Below, in pieces: positions 21,935 through 31,170 of a DNA stretch of 64,000 bases (position 1 is its first letter; the number at the start of each line of letters is the position of its first letter). The notes beneath the pieces were generated by a model, which saw only the letters and a program-made list of their open reading frames with translations, made no database searches and was not told the DNA's origin. The stretch is taken from positions 714-64,713 of the forward strand of contig JAWXUR010000003.1 of NCBI GenBank assembly GCA_044426265.1. The letters are read 5' to 3'. This DNA comes from Clostridia bacterium. Lineage in GTDB: Bacteria > Bacillota > Clostridia > Oscillospirales > Acutalibacteraceae. Made by a program: the position numbers and the translations under genes.

Positions 21935-21953
21935 TGATTTTATTCAAAAGTTT

Positions 21954-21992
21954 TAAACGCCACGGCTATTGTTATAGTTTGTGGCGTTTTTT
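21954..21992 (+). terminator. Intrinsic terminator after tRNA-Leu
   Basis: AAACGCCAC ... GTGGCGTTT followed by a T run. Confidence 0.72.
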
Positions 21993-22023
21993 TATTCGAG
22001 CAAGAGAAAGGTAATTTGTGAAA

Positions 22024-23919
22024 ATGCAAGAAAACATATTAGAAAATGAATTTGAAGATGAATATGAGTTTATTGAAGTTAGCCAAAGCATCAAAGAGAT
22101 AACTGATGAAAAAATCAAGAATAATGAAAAAGTTGTTTTCATTGATAAGATTTTTTTCAAACGCACTGTTTTTTGCGCTCAAGGGCGTTTAATCGGCTAT
22201 GATGATGATGCGAAGTTCATGGTTAAATTCACTAATCAAACTGGCGATATCAGCATTAACTTCAATCACATCGATGTTAAAGATGGTCAATTTAAAATTT
22301 CAATTAACTTAATCAGTGCTTATGAAAATGCACCTGTTGCAACTGGCAATTATTCTCTTGAGTTTCACGAAATCTTAAGTCCAGATTTTTTTGAGCTTGT
22401 ATCAACAAGCAGTGATGATGTGAGTGTAACGCTTTCAACAGAGGGCAATAAATCATTTGCTGTTTGTTATGATCAAGAAAATTACTATATCAAAACTGAG
22501 CTTTTAAGCACATATGAAAAAGCTTATGTTAGCCCTGATTATGAAATTGATTATAATTTTTACAAAGACAATGATGTTCACTGGAAACTTCAAAGATCTG
22601 CAATGAATTATTTTAGAGCATTTTCAAGTTATAATGTTGACAGCTGCTTATTTGAGCTTCGCATTGGTTATAAAGCACCAAACAATATGCCTGTGCCTTA
22701 TTGGGAGAAAAAACGCAATGAAAAGCGCAAGAAAAAAGCGTTAAAGCAAAGAGATGTTTCGCTTTATGGCAATCGCATAATCTTCAACTTTTTCTTAAGA
22801 TTTGCAAGAAGAAAAGGAAATGTCATCTTATTTTCTTCAGGCTCACGAGCAAAAATTGGTGGTAATGAAGAATTTGTTTATAAAAGAATGATTGAAAGAG
22901 GAATGAAAAAGACTCATAAATTCCTTTTTGACTTCAAGCCAACCATCACTGAAAAAATGCCATTTTTCAAAAAGATTAGCTTTTTATATAAACTAGCTGT
23001 GGCTGACATCATCATCATTGATGACTATTATCCTGATATTTACACTTTAGACTTTCCTGAATATAAAAAAGTTGTTCAAGTTTGGCACGCTTGCGGTGCG
23101 TTTAAGGCTGTTGGTTTAGAAAGGCTCGGCAAACCTGGTGCTCCTGCATTTAACACAAGAGTACACAAGTGTTACACCCATGTGCCTGTTAGTTCGTACC
23201 ACTCAGCGCTCCACCACGCCGAATGTTTCGGTTTAGATGAAAAATGTTTTTATCCAACTGGTGTGCCTCGTACAGACATCTTTTTTGACCCTGAATATAA
23301 AAAGAACATCATGGCTCAACTTGCTCAAGAGTTTCCTATGTCTGTTGGAAAGTCAAAGGTTTATTTGTACGCACCAACATTTAGAGGAAATGGTGCAAAC
23401 TCTGCTCACTTCCCTTATGAAAAAATTGACCTTGAAGCTTGGGGAGAATTTTGCATTGAAACTAACTCACTTTTCGTGATTAAAATGCATCCATTCGTGA
23501 AACAATTAATCAGAATTCCTGAAAAATATCAAGATTACATCATCGATGCAACTTCATATCGTGAAGTTAACGACATCTTGTTTATGATTGACGTACTCAT
23601 CACTGACTACTCTTCAATCATTTATGAATTTTCACTCTTGAAACGTCCAATGCTATTTTACGCATTTGATAAAGATGAATATGTTGCCACTAGAGATTTT
23701 TACGAAGAATTCGAAAAAATTGTACCAGGAAAAATCGTTGGCACTTCACAAGAACTTCTTGAGAGCGTTAAAAACGAAGATTTCGAGTTTGAAAAGATGG
23801 ATTATTTCATCAAGAAAAACTTCACTCACACTGACGGCAAGTCAACAGATCGCTTCATCGACCATATTATTTTAGATGAAGATTATGATTTAGATATTGA
23901 TTATAGCACTATATTTTAA
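22024..23919 (+). CDS. CDP-alditol:poly(alditol-phosphate) phosphotransferase (TagF/TarL family) with an uncharacterised N-terminal domain of about 300 aa
   Basis: TagF-family motifs VWHACGAFK, TGVPRTD, YAPTFRG, ITDYSSIIYEF and RDFY. ATG 22024 is preferred over GTG 22018. Confidence 0.85.
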   Translation: MQENILENEFEDEYEFIEVSQSIKEITDEKIKNNEKVVFIDKIFFKRTVFCAQGRLIGYDDDAKFMVKFTNQTGDISINFNHIDVKDGQFKISINLISAYENAPVATGNYSLEFHEILSPDFFELVSTSSDDVSVTLSTEGNKSFAVCYDQENYYIKTELLSTYEKAYVSPDYEIDYNFYKDNDVHWKLQRSAMNYFRAFSSYNVDSCLFELRIGYKAPNNMPVPYWEKKRNEKRKKKALKQRDVSLYGNRIIFNFFLRFARRKGNVILFSSGSRAKIGGNEEFVYKRMIERGMKKTHKFLFDFKPTITEKMPFFKKISFLYKLAVADIIIIDDYYPDIYTLDFPEYKKVVQVWHACGAFKAVGLERLGKPGAPAFNTRVHKCYTHVPVSSYHSALHHAECFGLDEKCFYPTGVPRTDIFFDPEYKKNIMAQLAQEFPMSVGKSKVYLYAPTFRGNGANSAHFPYEKIDLEAWGEFCIETNSLFVIKMHPFVKQLIRIPEKYQDYIIDATSYREVNDILFMIDVLITDYSSIIYEFSLLKRPMLFYAFDKDEYVATRDFYEEFEKIVPGKIVGTSQELLESVKNEDFEFEKMDYFIKKNFTHTDGKSTDRFIDHIILDEDYDLDIDYSTIF

Positions 23920-23940
23920 TTAAACAACGAGGTGTTTAAA

Positions 23941-25428
23941 ATGAAAAAGATTTATATTAGAGCTGGTATGTTACCGACTGAATTATTTACTCCACAAGAG
24001 ATGATAACTCGAAATGTTTTAGGCAACAATGTTGGAAATTTGATTTACCAATATGGAATTATTAGATCTTTAACCACTCCTGATACTGAATTTATGGCAA
24101 GCAGATATAAAAACAAATTAAGCGATGCTGAAATTGATCAAATCAACAATGAATGCAGTGCTCATATCTTGCCATTTGCTGATGCGTTTCGTCCAGATTT
24201 CGTTGACGAATTAAGACAAATCACGTCAAACATTAAAAGATTTAATATGCCAACTGTCATTGCTGGTGTTGGAATTCGTGCACCTTATGAGCCTAATTTA
24301 AATCAAGGATTTAAGTTTGATGATGCTGTTAAAGAGTTTGTTAAAGCTGTGCTTGATAAGTCAGCAATAATTGGTGTTAGAGGTCAAATCACTGCCGATT
24401 ATTTAACTAAACTTGGCTTTAAAGAAGGTCGTGATCACACTGTTATCGGCTGTCCTTCAATGTATTCAAATGGTAGAGAGTTTGAAATTAGAGAAACTGT
24501 TATCAATGAAAACTCAAAGTTTTCATTTAATACAACTAGTGCTTCAGCAGCAAACATTCAACAATTTATCATAAATAATGCCGCTAGTTTTAATGATTCA
24601 ACTTATATTCCGCAACTCGTTGCCGAACTCAATCTTTTACACACTGGTAAAGAATTTATCAGCCGTGCTCACTCATCTTATCCATCAACCATCACTGGAA
24701 AATTCCATTTAGAAGATAGAGTTAAATTCTTTTTAAACGCTCCATCTTGGATGAACTTCATGAAAAGTGTTGATTTAAGCTTTGGCACAAGACTTCATGG
24801 TAACATCGTTGCAACTATGTCAGGAACTCCGGTAATCTTAATTCCTAAAGATGCTCGCACAAGGGAAATAGCATCCTATCATAATCTCACTGTAATTGAG
24901 GGAGGTTTAAAACTTGACCCATCAGAAAAATTACTCGATTATGTTGAAAAATTAGATTTTCAATCACCTATAAAGGTTCAAAAAGAAAATTTCGATCACT
25001 TCATAGACTTTTTAGATGCTAACGGTCTTGATCACGCTTATAAAGAAGATAGAAATGCAAAACATTTAGAACTTGATCGTCAAATTAAAAACTGTTCGCA
25101 CAGAGCCGAGGCTAGTTCGCTTTACAAAAGCGTTGACGCAAGAGAAGTTATGAGAAGATTAGAGCCTATCAATGCACTCGATTTTTCAAAAGAAAACGTG
25201 TTTAAAGATAACTTCAATCAAATTAAGAGTCAGCATGATGAGCTTAACCTTTCAGATAAAGAAAGAAAAACTCTTCTTAAAAATGACTCAAATTCAATTA
25301 AAACACTCGAAAAAGAATTAGCAGAAGTTGAACAAAAGCTTTCTAAAAATCAAACAAAACTCGAAGAGCTTTCAGCTTTAATCTCCGCCCCAAATATTGA
25401 GAAAAAAAGTGACGGGAAGGTGTTATAA
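23941..25428 (+). CDS. Polysaccharide pyruvyl-transferase-like protein with C-terminal coiled-coil tail (paralog 1)
   Basis: NVGNLIYQYGIIRSL near the N-terminus and GTRLHGNIVATMSGTPVILIP resemble the PS_pyruv_trans pattern. The last ~90 aa are heptad-like and K/E/L-rich. ATG 23941 follows GAGGTG. Confidence 0.62.
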   Translation: MKKIYIRAGMLPTELFTPQEMITRNVLGNNVGNLIYQYGIIRSLTTPDTEFMASRYKNKLSDAEIDQINNECSAHILPFADAFRPDFVDELRQITSNIKRFNMPTVIAGVGIRAPYEPNLNQGFKFDDAVKEFVKAVLDKSAIIGVRGQITADYLTKLGFKEGRDHTVIGCPSMYSNGREFEIRETVINENSKFSFNTTSASAANIQQFIINNAASFNDSTYIPQLVAELNLLHTGKEFISRAHSSYPSTITGKFHLEDRVKFFLNAPSWMNFMKSVDLSFGTRLHGNIVATMSGTPVILIPKDARTREIASYHNLTVIEGGLKLDPSEKLLDYVEKLDFQSPIKVQKENFDHFIDFLDANGLDHAYKEDRNAKHLELDRQIKNCSHRAEASSLYKSVDAREVMRRLEPINALDFSKENVFKDNFNQIKSQHDELNLSDKERKTLLKNDSNSIKTLEKELAEVEQKLSKNQTKLEELSALISAPNIEKKSDGKVL

Positions 25429-25429
25429 A

Positions 25430-26947
25430 ATGAAAAAATATTATATGCGTTGCGGCACTTTGCCAACTGAACTCTTAAGCCCATTTGAATTTCAAACAAA
25501 AAATATCATTGGCTCAAATGCTGGTAATTTAGTTTATCAATATGGAATTATTCGTTCACTTCTCACTTATAAAAGCGAATTTATTCCAAGCCAATATGAA
25601 AATAAACTCAGCGATGCACAACTTGAACAAATCAATAGTGAATGCACAGCTCATATTCTTCCACTTTCAGATGCATTTCGTCCTGAATTTATGAATGAGC
25701 TAAGGCTTATCACAAAAAACGTGAAAAAGCTCGATATTCCAACTATCGTTACTGGCGTTGGCTTAAGAGCTCCTTATGAACCTGACTTAAGCCAAAGTTT
25801 TTCTTTTGATGAAGATGTTAAAGAGTTTATGAAAGCTGTGCTTGAAAAATCAGCTATCGTTGGTGTTAGAGGGCAAATCACAAGTGATTATTTAACTAAA
25901 CTCGGATTTAAAGAAGGCACTCATCACACTGTTATCGGCTCTCCTGGAATGTATGCAAAAGGTCGTGAGTTTGAAATTAGGGAAACTGTTATCAATGAGT
26001 TTTCAAAAGTTGCTTTCAACTCAACTAGCGCTTGTGGGTTAAATATTCAACGATTCATTATGAACAATGCTGATAAATTTGCTGAGGCAACTTTTCTTCC
26101 TCAACTCGTTGATGAACTTCGCTTGCTTTATGCTGGCAAAGAATTTATCAGCAAAGCGGATAAGTCATATCCATCAAAAATAGCTGGAAAATATCACATG
26201 GACGATAATGTTAAATTCTTTTTAAATGTGCCATCACGGATGAAATTTTTGAGCAATATGGACCTTTGTTTCGGTGCTAGACTTCACGGAAACATCGCCG
26301 CCTTAATGTCAGGCACTCCTGCAGTTATTATTCCAAAAGACACTCGCACTCGTGAAGCGGCTGAATATCACAATTTAACCATGATTAAAGACGGTTCAAA
26401 ACTTGACCCAGAGGCTAATTTGCTCGATATAATCGAAGATTTAGATTTGCAAGCTCCCAAAAAAGTACAAAAAGAAAACTTTGATCATTTTATTGACTTC
26501 TTAGATGCTAATGGACTTGAGCACGTTTATGTTCAAGATAAAGATCTTAAAACTACGACTTTAGATTTGCAAAACATTTCTAAAACTGCTGAGGTTAAAC
26601 CTCTTGTTAAATGCAATGTCAATGAAATTGTTTATCGTCTTTCCTCCTTCAACTCTTACGAGGCTGGAAAAATAAGAACCACTAATAAAAAAATTGATGA
26701 TATGAAAAAGAATATCGCTGGTTTTAGAAAACAAAGACCTATTCAGCTTAAGCAAATTGAAGATAATAAAGTCTTAATAAGCGAAAAGCAGGAACTACTT
26801 AATGCTAAAAAAGACGAGCTCGAAGAACTTAATGAGCAAGTTAAGTTAGTTCAAGAACAATACGATCTACAACAAGCCAAACTCAAAGAAGAAGCAGAAA
26901 GACTAGCTCAAGAAGAAGCAGAACTAGCTGAACAAGAGCAAATTTAA
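25430..26947 (+). CDS. Polysaccharide pyruvyl-transferase-like protein with C-terminal coiled-coil tail (paralog 2)
   Basis: Clear paralog of the preceding gene over ~400 aa. The tail ends QEQYDLQQAKLKEEAERLAQEEAELAEQEQI. ATG 25430 lies 1 nt after the upstream stop. Confidence 0.62.
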   Translation: MKKYYMRCGTLPTELLSPFEFQTKNIIGSNAGNLVYQYGIIRSLLTYKSEFIPSQYENKLSDAQLEQINSECTAHILPLSDAFRPEFMNELRLITKNVKKLDIPTIVTGVGLRAPYEPDLSQSFSFDEDVKEFMKAVLEKSAIVGVRGQITSDYLTKLGFKEGTHHTVIGSPGMYAKGREFEIRETVINEFSKVAFNSTSACGLNIQRFIMNNADKFAEATFLPQLVDELRLLYAGKEFISKADKSYPSKIAGKYHMDDNVKFFLNVPSRMKFLSNMDLCFGARLHGNIAALMSGTPAVIIPKDTRTREAAEYHNLTMIKDGSKLDPEANLLDIIEDLDLQAPKKVQKENFDHFIDFLDANGLEHVYVQDKDLKTTTLDLQNISKTAEVKPLVKCNVNEIVYRLSSFNSYEAGKIRTTNKKIDDMKKNIAGFRKQRPIQLKQIEDNKVLISEKQELLNAKKDELEELNEQVKLVQEQYDLQQAKLKEEAERLAQEEAELAEQEQI

Positions 26948-27011
26948 AATCACTGGGGAGCGTAGCGACCTGTACGCCCTTGAGAAAATTTGCATTTCAA
27001 ACAAACGAAAA

Positions 27012-27056
27012 AGCCAAAACAAACTTTGCTAATGCTGTTTGTTTTGGCTTTTTTTA
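27012..27056 (+). terminator. Intrinsic terminator ending the glycopolymer operon
   Basis: 13-bp stem AGCCAAAACAAAC / GTTTGTTTTGGCT followed by T7. Confidence 0.8.
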
Positions 27057-27183
27057 TGGGTTAGTTCACTCATCTAACTACATTTACGTTCATCTGTTTG
27101 TTTGCACAAAAATCAAATCCATTTTTTATGCAATTTAAACAACAGTTTTGTTTTAAAAAGTCAATGTTTATTGATTTTTTGTC

Positions 27184-27212
27184 TTGAAAGTTTGCTTTTT
27201 TAGTGTTACAAT
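27184..27212 (+). promoter_or_regulatory. Sigma-70-type promoter (extended -10)
   Basis: TTGAAA, 17 nt, TGtTACAAT. Confidence 0.55.
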
Positions 27213-27254
27213 ATTTGTCGAGTTAAAAAAATTGATGTAAAATTGGTGATTGAA

Positions 27255-27968
27255 ATGTTTAAAAATAAAACTTCCCCACACATTGAAGATGGTGTGATTT
27301 TCACTTTTGCGCTCACGTTCATAGGCGGTTATATAAATGCTTATTCTTATTTTATTCGTGGCGGTTCGCTTGTTACTATGCAAAGTGGTAATATGGCTCG
27401 AATTGGATTGGCTGTTTATATGCAAGACAAGGATTTGTTTATCATTAGTTTAGTGCCTATAATTGGCTGCTTTTCTGGTGTTGCAATTCTTCAATTTATG
27501 AGGCGCAATTTTTCTAATAAAGATGAATTTTTTTGGCAGAAAACTTCTATTTTAGCGGAGCTTATGCTCTTTTTGATAGTCGCCTTTATCCCTAGTGGAT
27601 TTCATGATCATATCTTAAATTACACTATCGCTATGGCCTCAGGTTTTCAACTTTGCCATCACAAAAACTATGCTGGCTATACTCACACAACTACTCTCGG
27701 CTCAGGAAATGTTAGAAATATGGGCTTGATTTTTGCAAATGCAATTTACGACAGAGATAAAAAGAGCATCAAACTTTTAGTTGAATATTTCATTTTGATG
27801 TCAACTTTCACCATTGGTGCGTACCTCGGCAGCGTTATCTGTGGACTTTGGGGCACTTATTCAATTTTGGTTTGCGTTGTTATGATGTTAGTGTTGCTGA
27901 CTCTCACAATCAAACTCGAAAAAGAATATCGCCTTTATGACGAATGCGCAGCAACTGATGTTATTTAA
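27255..27968 (+). CDS. YoaK/DUF1275-family membrane protein
   Basis: FALTFIGGYINAYSYFIRGGSLVTMQSGNMARIG is as I remember for DUF1275. Multi-TM. ATG 27255 is preferred over TTG 27243. Confidence 0.78.
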   Translation: MFKNKTSPHIEDGVIFTFALTFIGGYINAYSYFIRGGSLVTMQSGNMARIGLAVYMQDKDLFIISLVPIIGCFSGVAILQFMRRNFSNKDEFFWQKTSILAELMLFLIVAFIPSGFHDHILNYTIAMASGFQLCHHKNYAGYTHTTTLGSGNVRNMGLIFANAIYDRDKKSIKLLVEYFILMSTFTIGAYLGSVICGLWGTYSILVCVVMMLVLLTLTIKLEKEYRLYDECAATDVI

Positions 27969-28022
27969 ATTAAAACACAAAACACATAAAATTAGAGCAC
28001 TACAGCAGTCAAGCTGGAGTGC

Positions 28023-29564
28023 TCATTTTTTTATGTGTTTTATTTTTTCAGTTTTTTCATCTTCATCAAATAACCTTCTATTTTTAAGCACAAACAATAT
28101 CGCTAAGGCGGCTAAGCTCCAAATGATAACGTAAATTATTTGACTTGAGTCAAATTCATAGTACGCAAATTTCAAACTTGATAATTTTTCCACAACTAGG
28201 ATTGAAAAATCAGTTAGTTTGCTTAAAACAAAATTTATTGCTGTTGATAAAACTGGAATATCGTGCACTAAAGCGTACACACCAGAAAGCAAAATCATTG
28301 GCGCTAATAAGGCTAGAAAAATCAAGTTTGATAAAACACCAACGAATGAAACTTGACCAAAAGCGTAAAGCGTTATTGGCAAAACGAAAAATGTGGTTGA
28401 AATTGTGATTAAAGCGCTTGATGTTATCACTGTTAATAGCTTTTTAAATATGCTCGGCATACGGATTTCATCTAAGTAAAAAGATAATTTTAGAATTATT
28501 GGCAGTGCGATTTGTAAGATTGCAAAAGTTGAGCAAAACGAGAGCAAAAATCTGATATCTAGGGCACAATATGGGTTGATTAGCAAAATTACAAAGGCAG
28601 ATAAAAACAGTGCATTTGTTTGGTTAGAATCGTTTTTAACTAGTTTGGCAATGATAAAAATAAACAGCATTAACCCCGCTCGAAGCACGGATGGCGTGAA
28701 ATCTGCGAAGATGACGACTAAGAAAATTATCACCATTAGGGCTGTGTAGGTATAGGAGTTTTCGATGCCGAATTTTTTCATAAAAGCCATGAAAAACATC
28801 ACCCATATGGACATATGTAAACCAGAAATTGCCATTGAATGAGCCAAACCACAAGCAACAAATTTTTCATATAGCTCATCACTCAACTGTGTTTTATCGC
28901 CAAAAAGCAGTGAAATTAAAATGCCAGCGTTTTCCGAGTCAAAGTCGCTAAGAAATGTTTGTTTGATTTCATATCTTATGTTTTTCACCCAATTCATTGG
29001 GTTGTACGAGTTTTGCTCCCGCAAAACTTCATAGCTTGAAACTGAAAAAGTGCTTAGATAACAGCCTAAAGATTTATAGTAAATTTGCATCATGTCGGTG
29101 GTTGCGTAAACTTCTTGAGCAGTGCATGAAAGCTCAATTGTTTCGCCAGCTTTGAGATTTTCTAACCGCTCATCGTCTTTAAAATAGACAATGATTTTTC
29201 CGCTTACTTCTTCCCCATCAATTTGCTCAATGTCAATTTTGAAGTTGTAATAGGTGTTATCCGAGTCTATAACTGGATAATCTGCAACTTGCCCAGTGAT
29301 TGTGATGTATTGATCAATGTAGTTTGTGGTTTTTTCGTAATTGCTTTCATAAAAAGTAAAAATCAAAGTCGCAACGGCTACAAGGCAAAACGAAATGCTC
29401 AGCCAACGCACACGGTAAAAGCGTACAAAAGAAGTGACGAGAACAATTCCAAGCACACAAAAAAGCATGACAAAACACACGCTCGTAAAAAGGCTTGAAC
29501 TAATGTTAAGCCAAACGAGAGCGAGAAATATCATGCTTACAGTTGGAATTATTGGTCTTTTCAT
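28023..29564 (-). CDS. comEC: ComEC/Rec2-family DNA-internalisation channel protein (short form, no metallo-beta-lactamase domain visible)
   Basis: 513 aa, polytopic. The competence-domain pattern (GLAHSMAISGLHMS) follows an OB/DUF4131-like N-terminal part. Confidence 0.78.
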   Translation of the reverse strand: MKRPIIPTVSMIFLALVWLNISSSLFTSVCFVMLFCVLGIVLVTSFVRFYRVRWLSISFCLVAVATLIFTFYESNYEKTTNYIDQYITITGQVADYPVIDSDNTYYNFKIDIEQIDGEEVSGKIIVYFKDDERLENLKAGETIELSCTAQEVYATTDMMQIYYKSLGCYLSTFSVSSYEVLREQNSYNPMNWVKNIRYEIKQTFLSDFDSENAGILISLLFGDKTQLSDELYEKFVACGLAHSMAISGLHMSIWVMFFMAFMKKFGIENSYTYTALMVIIFLVVIFADFTPSVLRAGLMLFIFIIAKLVKNDSNQTNALFLSAFVILLINPYCALDIRFLLSFCSTFAILQIALPIILKLSFYLDEIRMPSIFKKLLTVITSSALITISTTFFVLPITLYAFGQVSFVGVLSNLIFLALLAPMILLSGVYALVHDIPVLSTAINFVLSKLTDFSILVVEKLSSLKFAYYEFDSSQIIYVIIWSLAALAILFVLKNRRLFDEDEKTEKIKHIKK

Positions 29565-29576
29565 TCGAAACTGCGA

Positions 29577-30116
29577 TTAGTCTTTAAAGAAAAGTGGAAG
29601 TGGCTCGAGGAAGATAATATCCTCACGTTTTGAAGCATCTCCTTCAGCTAAAATTGCTGCTTGACCCACGATTTGAGCGTCAAACTGTGCAGCCAAAGCG
29701 TTAACAGCGATGAGAGATTCTCCGGTGCTGATAACATCATCGAGGATAAGCACTTTTTTGCCACGCATTTTTTCGCCCTCTGTGCCGTCAAGATAAAGAG
29801 TTTGGATTTTGTCAGTGGTGATTGAGCGCACGTCAACGTGAACTGGGTCTTTCATGTAAAGTTTAGGCCCTTTTCTGCACACGAAATATGGTTTGCCACT
29901 TTGTCTTGACATATCGTGAGCGAGTGGGATACTCTTAGCTTCTGGAGTTAAGATGTAATCAAATTCTGGGCTTTTTTCGATGAGAGCTGTAGCGCACGCA
30001 ACAGTGAGTTCAGCATCACCGAAGATAACGAAAGCTGCGATGTCGAGCTTGTCATTAACTGTGCAAATTGGAAGTTTTCTTTTGAGTCCTGCGATTGTCA
30101 TGTCATAAGTTTTCAT
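29577..30116 (-). CDS. Purine/adenine phosphoribosyltransferase-family protein
   Basis: PRPP-binding motif VLILDDVISTGESL. Start placed at ATG 30116, after AAGGAGA. Confidence 0.78.
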   Translation of the reverse strand: MKTYDMTIAGLKRKLPICTVNDKLDIAAFVIFGDAELTVACATALIEKSPEFDYILTPEAKSIPLAHDMSRQSGKPYFVCRKGPKLYMKDPVHVDVRSITTDKIQTLYLDGTEGEKMRGKKVLILDDVISTGESLIAVNALAAQFDAQIVGQAAILAEGDASKREDIIFLEPLPLFFKD

Positions 30117-30133
30117 GTTGTTTCTCCTTTTTA

Positions 30134-30472
30134 TTAGCCTGCTGGCCATGTTAATTGTCTTCCACCCATGAGGTGAAAATGAATGTGTTTCACGCTTTGT
30201 CCGCCAAGTTCGCCGCAGTTGTTGACAACTCTATAGCCACCATCAAGACCGAGTTCTTTGCTAAGTTTTGCCACGACTTCGAAGCAGTGTGCAATAACAG
30301 CGCTGTTGGTTTCATCGATTTCGTCCGCACTTGCAATGTGTTCTTTTGGGATAATTAACACATGCGTTGGTGCTTGTGGTTCTAGGTCGTTGAATGCTAC
30401 TACTTTATCGTCTTCATAGATTTTTGTGGTTGGGATTTCTCCGTTTGCGATTTTGCAAAATATGCAATCCAT
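30134..30472 (-). CDS. HIT-family (histidine triad) nucleotide hydrolase
   Basis: 112 aa. CIFCKI... and the HIHFHLMGG triad. Confidence 0.9.
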   Translation of the reverse strand: MDCIFCKIANGEIPTTKIYEDDKVVAFNDLEPQAPTHVLIIPKEHIASADEIDETNSAVIAHCFEVVAKLSKELGLDGGYRVVNNCGELGGQSVKHIHFHLMGGRQLTWPAG

Positions 30473-30517
30473 TTTAGTTTTCCTCCTTGTTGAATTTATG
30501 TTTGTTTTGTTTTATTT

Positions 30518-31170
30518 GGTACAGTTTTTCTGTTATGCGTTTTTTATGGTACAGTTTTTGGCGGTAAACCGCAAAAAACGTGGTTTCGAGGGAGTGCGGT
30601 GGTTTTTGTTTCGTGAAATCACGAAACACGAATTTTTTCAGTTTCCATGGCATATGTATCGGTTAGTTTTTTTGTTTCTAGGTAGCTTTGATGTGTTGGG
30701 ACGTTTCGGCGAGCGTTTAATTTTGGCTTTGCCAAAATTATTGCGTGCCTTGCACGCAATTGCTGCGGCTTCGCCGCAGCAAAACGCTCGCCGAAACTGC
30801 ACCGCTAACTGACGATTACAATCCACAAAACAGTCGGCTGTCGCCGTCTGTTTTGCTAGTTTCATAAATCAAGCCGTAAAAATCGCTTTGCTCTTTTACT
30901 ACTAACGCAAATGCGATGTTATTTTCTCTTGGTTTGATTTGTAGGGTAATATAGTGCATTTAGTTTAGTTTTACGTTTATTTGAATCGCATTTGCTTTGC
31001 TTTAATTCTCAATTCTCAATTTTCAATTCTCCATTTTCTTGTGGTTTTCGCTCGTTGCGACGAGCGACTTAAGGCTCTGCCTTAAGAATCTGCAATTTTT
31101 CGTGAAAAATTGAGTAAAGCTTTGCTTGCTTTTTTTCTTTTTTCTTTTCTTTTTTTATTTTTTCTTTTTT
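30518..31170. repeat. Largest hairpin-array repeat locus R8 (~650 bp)
   Basis: GTAC palindrome (GGTACAG-TTTTTGGCGG-TAAA-CCGCAAAAAA), then GTTTCGTGA-AA-TCACGAAAC. A 16-bp outer stem encloses three hairpins at 30703..30797. Next come the AAAACAG..CTGTTTT hairpin, the CGCAAATGCGAT module, a 7-bp periodic tract (31004..31038), a partial hairpin chain (31046..31129) and a T/C tract (31130..31170) abutting the alaS stop. Confidence 0.88.

Noticed and set aside
30426-30865. 128-aa and 75-aa ORFs on opposite strands
   Set aside because: Both lie inside the 650-bp hairpin array. The sequences are palindrome-derived and neither has an RBS.
30518-31170. Possibility that the dense repeats are a CRISPR array
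   Set aside because: There is no single repeat unit recurring at a fixed period with unique spacers. The units are heterogeneous self-complementary hairpins, and no cas genes are present.
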